A stretch of DNA of 57,373 bases from Candidatus Pacearchaeota archaeon (GTDB lineage Archaea; Nanobdellota; Nanobdellia; Pacearchaeales; GW2011-AR1). The notes beneath the pieces are model-generated. The model had not been told where the DNA came from. It saw only the letters and a program-made list of their open reading frames with translations, and did not search any database. The stretch's first letter is position 1, and the number at the start of each line of letters is the position of its first letter. The position numbers were made by a program, and so were the translations under genes. The DNA is taken from contig JAGVXD010000007.1 of NCBI GenBank assembly GCA_018303945.1, positions 1 through 57,373 of the forward strand. The letters run 5' to 3'. Below are positions 18,848 through 25,344 of the stretch, piece after piece.

Positions 18848-19330
18848 TTATTCCGTAATAAATCGACTCAAAAAGCTAATATAATCAAACTTCGGAATAG
18901 CTATTCTTACTCTGCCACGTCGATTAGGAGCAGAACGCCATTGAAAGTCGAAACATCCAAGCATCTCTAAAGTATCCAAATAAACCCTAAATTGCCTTTC
19001 TCCGACCGCACCAAAGTGCTCGTTTTTGGCATTAAAAACATAGTTTTTGTAGGCATCTGGGTAAGTTATAGCGTAACCGCCGTTTACTTTAGTATTTACA
19101 CATAGAGCCAAGATTGTAATCTTAAGATGTCTTGATAAAGTTGGGAATATCTTTTCAATTTCAGATAATTGTAACTCTTTTATTGCTTCTTTGACTACTG
19201 TAAGCTTAATTTCGACAACAGTTTGTGGTTTTAAGTCTTGCTGTAAAAATTTTGGAATTACAATTATCGCTTGGTGGCCGTGTTTGGCTATTTTCTTTGT
19301 TAATACGTAACTTTTTGGTTTTTGTGCCAT
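18848..19330 (-). CDS. AbrB/SpoVT-like swapped-hairpin domain fused to an Orc1/Cdc6-type winged helix
   Basis: The N-terminus KIAKHGHQAIIVIPKFLQQDLKPQTVVEIKLTVV fits the AbrB/MazE pattern. The C-terminus FRVYLDTLEMLGCFDFQWRSAPNRRGRVRIAIP resembles the Cdc6 C-terminal WH (yl..L...G.i......GR.GRtR). Pattern-based only. Confidence 0.5.
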   Translation of the reverse strand: MAQKPKSYVLTKKIAKHGHQAIIVIPKFLQQDLKPQTVVEIKLTVVKEAIKELQLSEIEKIFPTLSRHLKITILALCVNTKVNGGYAITYPDAYKNYVFNAKNEHFGAVGERQFRVYLDTLEMLGCFDFQWRSAPNRRGRVRIAIPKFDYISFLSRFITE

Positions 19331-19440
19331 TTTATATACTTTTTATGTATAAAATATCTATTTAAACCTTTCTATTAGTGTATCTTTATAGTGGTAACTA
19401 AAATACTCTATTTGACCTTAATTATCTTCTTAAACAGGAT

Positions 19441-19800
19441 TATCCAGGTGTTCATGCCCTAGAGGGTTGTCGACTTCGTTCTACTACCTTGTAGAATACT
19501 AACGAAGACAAGACTTAACAGGCTACACGCATAACCATAGTGTTTTCCCCGAAAGGAAAGCCAATAAAATACAGCAATAACAGTTAGTAGCAGTGAAGAG
19601 CCTTGGGTAAGCTTGGAGCGAATATTCGCGTTGCAGTGATACTTAATGGAAGTGCTACAACTGTCGCGAGGTTCAACGCGAATTCGGATAGGACTAACCT
19701 GAACTGCAACAGGAATCCGACGAACTCTTATGCTAGACTTGGGGTATTTGAATGCGCCGAAGGCGCTGACGCAAAAATTGGAAGAAATTGCAAGGGAAAA
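19441..19800 (-). ncRNA. candidate structured RNA of unknown class (G+C-rich, helix-dense, non-coding)
   Basis: Hand count gives 161/360 G+C (~45%) in an AT-rich context. Only junk-like overlapping ORFs are present. There are at least six complementary segment pairs (see finding). U.G pairs favour the minus strand. Boundaries are approximate. Confidence 0.4.
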
Positions 19801-19801
19801 T

Positions 19802-21001
19802 TTAATATATGTTAGCAAAAAGCGCTTTTTCTGCCCATATCTTCTTTGCAGTAACTTCATGGCGAGTATCATAAAATGGTGCCCCTTCTGGACCTTTTGT
19901 ATAAGGAGCAATCCAAATAATTTTTTTAATCTGCATATTTTCATCTCTTAATTTTCTATTGTGCCCTCTTACTGCTAATTGATATGTTAAAATCTGACCT
20001 TTATGATGGTTTTTAGGTTCATCGTAGGATTCATCTCTAACTTCAACAAATGAATATGGTTTTGTTTCAACAGGTCTTTCAGGATGGTATGTTGGAGTAC
20101 CTGGACGATTTCTTGTTGCAATTGTCATATTATGGGCATTTATGTAATTGATAAGATTTGTTGACAAGCTAGGAACAATGTCAATAGCGCTGTGCGGTAC
20201 AGAACTTAAAGATACTTCTTTATCAAATAACTCATTAAAATCAACTAATTCGGTAGCTTTTCTATATAATGCATGTCCCAATGCAGCTTCTTTTTTGGCA
20301 CTTTGGGCAATCCACAATCTATCCTTGTTTATATCAATTATAAACTGATATCTATTTTTATCCAATTTTTGATTATCCAAGTCAAAATTTGACCTTGAAA
20401 GATGATTAACTTGCCCACGGAAAAATTTGGATCTTGGGTCACTCATAAATAAATCAATGCTCATTATTTCTCCTTCTTTGTCTTTCCAAAATGAAGTGAA
20501 CACATAGTTCATTGAACCGCTTTTGTTATTTCCGCATAAATAAACACCTTGCAGAGAAACTTCAGACCTTTTTACATGTGGAATTGTTGCTGAAACGTTT
20601 TCAGCAAACTCAAAGAATAAAGGATTAAAAGGCAATTTACCTGTCGTAATATAGTCATAATTATCAACTGGCTTATCTAATAGGCTTTCAAGAGTTGCAG
20701 GACCTATTAAGAATGGGTGGGCTCTCGCAAAATTGCGCCTAAATTGAATGGCGCCTGTAAAATTATCTAAATCCATTTCGGCATAAGGCTTGTAAAAGTC
20801 AGGGCATCGAAATGGTATTTCAATGACCTCTCCAAATGATGGACTTACATGACTGAAGACAAAAGATTTAGTATTAGCTATACCGAACTTAGCATCAACT
20901 TGTCTTTGCATTTTCTTTAATCTGGCTTTGTCTTCTTCATCCTTTTTTCTAAATAAGGAAGCCAATTCATCATAAAACCATGTTTTGCTATCTAAATTCA
21001 T
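19802..21001 (-). CDS. hypothetical 399-aa protein (orphan)
   Basis: Long clean ORF with protein-like composition. I recognised no nuclease, NTPase or zinc-finger motif. The C-terminal VRGHNRKLRDENMQIKKIIWIAPYTKGPEG is distinctive but unassigned. Confidence 0.65.
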   Translation of the reverse strand: MNLDSKTWFYDELASLFRKKDEEDKARLKKMQRQVDAKFGIANTKSFVFSHVSPSFGEVIEIPFRCPDFYKPYAEMDLDNFTGAIQFRRNFARAHPFLIGPATLESLLDKPVDNYDYITTGKLPFNPLFFEFAENVSATIPHVKRSEVSLQGVYLCGNNKSGSMNYVFTSFWKDKEGEIMSIDLFMSDPRSKFFRGQVNHLSRSNFDLDNQKLDKNRYQFIIDINKDRLWIAQSAKKEAALGHALYRKATELVDFNELFDKEVSLSSVPHSAIDIVPSLSTNLINYINAHNMTIATRNRPGTPTYHPERPVETKPYSFVEVRDESYDEPKNHHKGQILTYQLAVRGHNRKLRDENMQIKKIIWIAPYTKGPEGAPFYDTRHEVTAKKIWAEKALFANIY

Positions 21002-21101
21002 TTTTTGCTTTCCATATCAAGATAATTATAATTTTACTACAATTATTTTACTAAAAGCGTTCTTTTAAATCTTCCTATGGTAACTACTTTATAGTTATAT
21101 A

Positions 21102-22048
21102 TTAAGCTTCCAAATTTACAATATATTGTCCACTTCTCATTGCCATAGCTATATCAATATCTCCTAATCTCTCTGCCCTGATTGCAACCCATTTATTCTT
21201 TCCAGCAAGATAAAGATATTCTGCAGCTTCTTTTTCACGGCCTTTTATTCTATCTGCTGTATTTGAAGCACGCTCCCATTCTTTATTTGCGACAAAAATA
21301 GCCAAAGCTCTATGATGGTCTCCGACTCTTTCATAAAATCTACCTCTTGGAAGACTATCTCCGAGACTCTCACATTCAATAGCAAGAGATTCGATCCGAT
21401 CTCTTTTAGCATTGCTGTTAGAAGTGCCACTATTAAAGAAATCTTGCAATTTTTCTTCAAATTCTTTCCTTGCACTATTCAATGCAAATGTGCGAAGTTG
21501 GTCGCAGTATGGGGTAGGTAGATTTTTAGCATAGTGTAAATAAACATTCCTGTATACGGCATTTTTTTCCCATGGCATCCACCAGGAATTGAATGTGTTA
21601 AGAAATAGACTGCATTATCAGGTGAGGCGTTATTTGCAATCATTTCTGCAACATTTTCATATACATTTATTCCCTTATCAGTTCCATCTTTAAGCATCCA
21701 ATCATTGATGTACCAGAATTCACATTCATGGCTTTTATGTTGGATGATAGCAGGCAACTCCCGTTGGACCAACCGACTTTCACCAGAATTGGAGAGAATT
21801 GAAACCATAAGAAATGCAGCATTTGCTCTTGTAGACAAAATTTTTTTGTAACTATATTCAGTTTGCCCTTGGAAGTTAGCGTAATATAACTCTCCTTTTA
21901 CCTTGTCGTATCTTTCCCACATAGATAAGTTAATAACTCTACCATTATCGTCTCTATGGTTCTTATTTTCTTCTATCTCTTTTACTTTCTTATTCTTTTT
22001 AAGATCCGCAATAAACTTTCTATGAACTAATCTATAATTGAAATTCAA
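21102..22048 (-). pseudogene. one gene split into two overlapping ORFs at an A7 run (frameshift: error, decay or recoding); N-terminus lacks an ATG
   Basis: ORF 21479-22048 and ORF 21102-21578 overlap by 100 nt. The upstream ORF's tail after ...FLTHSIPGG looks out-of-frame, and the downstream frame opens at MPWEKNAVY just before a T7/A7 run (21562-21568). The upstream ORF starts at TTG, and the in-frame upstream peptide ILYYFYLEVSARKTAKELNFNYRLVHRKF looks like an HTH with no ATG. Confidence 0.4.
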
Positions 22049-22396
22049 TTCTTTAGCAGTCTTTCTTGCAGATACTTCTAAGTAAAAATAATATAATATC
22101 TCAATTTCTATAAGCCATATTTATCACAAAATATGCATTTTCTACCAAGAAAATACACGTCTGACGACACTTTTCTCATATATCTCGTCGTATTTAAGCT
22201 AATTTATAAGCTTTTTTGGTGCTAAAATGTATCAATTACCTAATATTTTAATGTTCTTATTTAATAAAAATATCGTAGTGAGGCTAGTGGGTATTGCACC
22301 TAGTTTGAGCAATAAAGCTCTGATAAGTTGAAACTGCCGCAGATAGAAAAGTTTATATGGGCAAATAATTTTGCTATGGCATACGGAGGTATAACA

Positions 22397-22588
22397 ATGA
22401 ACGGCAAGGTAAAATTTTTCAATGAAGTGAAGGGATTTGGATTCATAACTGCTGAAGATGGAAAAGAATATTTTGTACATAGCAGCGGTTTGAATGAAGG
22501 AGTTTCTATCACTGAAGGCGATTCTGTCACATTTGAGATAGAGAAAGGAGACAAGGGCCTTAAAGCAGTTAAAGTCTCTAAAGGATAG
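22397..22588 (+). CDS. csp: cold-shock domain protein (CspA family)
   Basis: MNGKVKFFNEVKGFGFITAEDGKEYFVHSS carries RNP1 (KGFGFI) and RNP2 (YFVHSS). GGAGGT lies 7 nt upstream of the ATG. The longer track ORF start was rejected. Confidence 0.9.
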   Translation: MNGKVKFFNEVKGFGFITAEDGKEYFVHSSGLNEGVSITEGDSVTFEIEKGDKGLKAVKVSKG

Positions 22589-22673
22589 ATATTTTGAACA
22601 GGTTAAATAATATCTAAGATGGGAGTACTTATGAAAAATTCTGATAATTAGGATAGTAATTTGTCCAGAATCA

Positions 22674-22718
22674 TCAAGAATCTTCGATTCTTGAGTGCCT
22701 CGAGAACCAGCGGTTCTC
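22674..22718 (+). terminator. two tandem perfect hairpins downstream of csp
   Basis: TCAAGAATC-ttc-GATTCTTGA (22674-22694) and GAGAACC-agc-GGTTCTC (22702-22718). Read directly; the function is inferred. Confidence 0.35.
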
Positions 22719-22859
22719 TCAGTCTCTTAATAGATAATTCCTTAAGCACTAATTCAGTTATAGGAAATCACTTTAATATAGATAATTCCTTTAATTGTAT
22801 ATTGATTAGTAGTTGTTGCAAAAAAGAAGCCTTCTTTTTATAATGTTGCGGACCCTGTA

Positions 22860-23453
22860 ATGTATATGGGGACTAGAGTTAGGAAGAATGTGAAAATATA
22901 TAATCGGAACTATTTTATATTGGCAATTTTGGTGGCTTTCCTTATTGCTTGGATGATTATTCTTCTTTCCGTTGGCCCCGAAAACATTGTAAAACGACTG
23001 GGCATAACAAACAGCTATATGCTTATTTTTCTTGTTGCGGCTTTTGGAGGAATCTCTTCAGTTACGGCTTTTTCTTTCTACACTGTCCTATCTACGCTGG
23101 CTATTGGTGGACTTAATCCATTGCTCCTCGGTTTAATTGGCGGAATTGGAGTTACATTTGGAGATAGTATATTTTTCTACCTTGGAAAGAAAGGAAATAA
23201 AGTGATAAAAAATAGCAAAGCCATCATAAAAATATTTAATACGTTTGCTAAAAAGGTACCTTCCTGGTTAATGCCGCTGGTGATATTTTTATATGCTGCA
23301 TTCGTACCTCTCCCCAATGATATAATGATGGTTTCTCTCGGACTAGCGCGTTACCCGTTTAAATTCACTTTCCTTCCTATTCTCATAGGGAATATGCTTT
23401 CAGTCATGATAATTGCATATCTAATAGGTTATAGCAGTGAGAGATTCTTTTAG
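22860..23453 (+). CDS. polytopic membrane protein (possibly VTT/DedA-like)
   Basis: 197 aa with about 5 hydrophobic helices. The AAFVPLPNDIMMVSLG segment is reminiscent of the DedA/VTT re-entrant motif (weak). Confidence 0.55.
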   Translation: MYMGTRVRKNVKIYNRNYFILAILVAFLIAWMIILLSVGPENIVKRLGITNSYMLIFLVAAFGGISSVTAFSFYTVLSTLAIGGLNPLLLGLIGGIGVTFGDSIFFYLGKKGNKVIKNSKAIIKIFNTFAKKVPSWLMPLVIFLYAAFVPLPNDIMMVSLGLARYPFKFTFLPILIGNMLSVMIIAYLIGYSSERFF

Positions 23454-23531
23454 AGATAGACAACTAACTTTTAATTACTTTTTAAGTTTTTATCATATGT
23501 TACAGAACGCGAACAACCCTCTTAGCCTCTC

Positions 23532-23571
23532 CAAGGAGAATGTCTATCTTAGTGACCAGACATTCTCCTTG
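23532..23571. terminator. 14-bp perfect hairpin between convergent genes
   Basis: CAAGGAGAATGTCT (23532-23545) pairs with AGACATTCTCCTTG (23558-23571) around a 12-nt loop. It lies between the 22860-23453 (+) and 23614-24177 (-) genes. Confidence 0.45.
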
Positions 23572-23613
23572 ATTATTCATTATTAAAATGCCCATCTGCA
23601 GGTCAATAAACCA

Positions 23614-24177
23614 TCAATTTACCTTAATATTCCTTAAAATGAATTTTGCTCTGTTCTTAACGCTGTCAAATGGCACCCTAATTACCTTATATCCGAATTT
23701 AGCATAAGCTTTTATTATTAGCTTGTGAATTTTCAAAGATTCCATGTAACTTTCTGAACGTTTGCCGTCATTCTCATAAAACTTTTCTGGCAGAGGGTCT
23801 AAGATGAAAACATAATCATATTTTATCTGATTACCCTGAAAAACCCTTTCAATTGGCTCTTTGATATTTGATAGATGCAAATACGCAAAGCCATCAAAAT
23901 ATCCTCTGTCAAAAAAGGCGAACTTCCTATGATTTAATGAGAGTGCGTTCTTGTAGTGCTTCAATTCAAGATCCCATATGGCTTCTTGAAAATTAATTCC
24001 TCTGGCTTGTGCTGCGTCCTTGCCCCTAAAAATCTTATTTCTCTCGAGAATAAGCCTTGCTGACTCGGGGGCAATGGGGTATTTTTTAGCTATAAGCTTT
24101 ATAACTGAAGTCTTACCGGTTCCAGGACCGCCAGTAATCACCACCGTCTTTATCATAATTGTGAGGAGTAAGCCCAT
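23614..24177 (-). CDS. P-loop NTPase (AAA_28/NadR-like ATPase family)
   Basis: Walker A VVITGGPGTGKTS near the N-terminus and a Walker B-like YVFILD. Small single-domain size. An alternative start is ATG 24156. Confidence 0.7.
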   Translation of the reverse strand: MGLLLTIMIKTVVITGGPGTGKTSVIKLIAKKYPIAPESARLILERNKIFRGKDAAQARGINFQEAIWDLELKHYKNALSLNHRKFAFFDRGYFDGFAYLHLSNIKEPIERVFQGNQIKYDYVFILDPLPEKFYENDGKRSESYMESLKIHKLIIKAYAKFGYKVIRVPFDSVKNRAKFILRNIKVN

Positions 24178-24296
24178 ATATTTAAAGATATGGAGAATTG
24201 CGTAGGTTTATTACATATTTGTACTCAATTCTCTAATGGATAATTGAAGGAGTTTGAGCAATAAAAGCTTATAAATAAAAGACTCTTATAAACAAG

Positions 24297-24581
24297 ATGG
24301 TGCTTCCGCTTGGAAAGATTCAACAGCTCCTGAAAGAACTTAATAACTGGTATTTAGAAGGCGATATGATAATGAAAGAATTCTCATTTGAAAGCTTCGG
24401 TGAGTCAATTAAATTTGTCAATTTTGTTGCGGAAATTGCTGAGGAGAATCAGCATCATCCTTCAATAATAATCAATTACAAGGAAGTTAAGCTAATGCTT
24501 ACCACCCATAGTGAATCAGGTCTGACCGAAAAAGATTTTATGATGGCAAAGCTAATTGACGGAATTAAAAATGATGGTTGA
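24297..24581 (+). CDS. pterin-4-alpha-carbinolamine dehydratase (PCD/DCoH)
   Basis: ENQHHPSIIINYKEVKLMLTTHSESGLTEKDFMMAKLID matches the PCD signature (HHP...y..v.v.l.TH...GlT..D). 94 aa. Confidence 0.8.
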   Translation: MVLPLGKIQQLLKELNNWYLEGDMIMKEFSFESFGESIKFVNFVAEIAEENQHHPSIIINYKEVKLMLTTHSESGLTEKDFMMAKLIDGIKNDG

Positions 24582-24822
24582 GATATTAATTCTAATTTTG
24601 GCAATTCCTACAGGGATTTTGCTGGCATGGGCTGCCAGAGATGAACTCGTAGCAGGAAGAAAATGGTTTAGGATTACATTTATAATATTTATTCTCGGGT
24701 CTTTAATTTTGTATATAATAAACAGATACGCTGAAGCAATGACTCTGATGTTTGTATCTATATTGTCAATCATAGCTTATACAAAGAGCTTTAGCAAATC
24801 CTGGACGAAGAGAAGAATTTAA
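24571..24822 (+). CDS. small membrane protein
   Basis: Two hydrophobic helices. The ATG overlaps the PCD stop region (ATGATGGTTGA). Confidence 0.4.
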   Translation: MMVEILILILAIPTGILLAWAARDELVAGRKWFRITFIIFILGSLILYIINRYAEAMTLMFVSILSIIAYTKSFSKSWTKRRI

Positions 24823-24945
24823 ATATGCGTTATCTTTGTGTATTGCAATGGCTGAAAATAAGTGTGAGCATCTACGGCAAGCTGCAATTTCTAAAATAGC
24901 TATTATAATCTAATAGCAAGTCTATTCAGACTTGCGCATATTCTT

Positions 24946-25308
24946 ATGACTAAAAATTCATACAAATCTGCTTCTGAACGTTTGCCTAGGAGATTCTTTG
25001 ATGGGCTTGGATTTTCTTTATCATGGAACATATATTCTGAAGTTGTGCATGGAGAACATAGCACTGAAGACTTTGAGATAAAGATGAGAGATGGAGAACC
25101 AATGGAGTCTATTAGAAGGTACTCTGAAGTATTACTTGAAAAAGGAGTTAAGTATGGTGCATTAATTAATTTAATGTGTAGAAATCTCTCAAGTGAAGAC
25201 ATTGGGAATGAAAGAGAGAGATTATTCTATGAAGAGTTTAGTGATTGGAAACTTGAAAGTAAAGTTGCAAGATACAAGGGGGTAAAGAGAGACTTTAAAA
25301 AAGGATGA
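24946..25308 (+). CDS. hypothetical protein
   Basis: 120-aa ORF. No motif recognised. Confidence 0.4.
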   Translation: MTKNSYKSASERLPRRFFDGLGFSLSWNIYSEVVHGEHSTEDFEIKMRDGEPMESIRRYSEVLLEKGVKYGALINLMCRNLSSEDIGNERERLFYEEFSDWKLESKVARYKGVKRDFKKG

Positions 25309-25344
25309 GGATATTAAATTATACAGGGGCTATAATATACTAAA

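Noticed and set aside
19441-19800. Identifying the structured region as RNase P RNA or SRP (7S) RNA
   Set aside because: Partial resemblances exist on the plus strand (GAAAGGAAAGCC, GGGUAAGC, ACAGGAAUCC). However, the two P4 strands are not mutually complementary, no GGAAAGUCC/GGCUUA pair exists, and I found no helix-8-type GNAR hairpin followed by AGCA. The class is left unassigned pending a covariance-model search.
19459-19951. Track ORFs 19459-19944 (-), 19603-19815 (+) and 19730-19951 (+) as protein-coding genes
   Set aside because: They overlap each other and the 3' end of the 399-aa gene in other frames. Their composition is junk-like (Arg/Ser/Cys/Ile runs). They coincide with the helix-dense G+C-rich stretch, which is better explained as non-coding RNA or DNA structure.
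22661-22843. 60-aa ORF between csp and the membrane protein gene
   Set aside because: It is built across two perfect hairpins and a direct repeat, and its composition is Ser/Leu/Ile/Asn-rich. It is more likely untranslated regulatory or 3'-UTR sequence.
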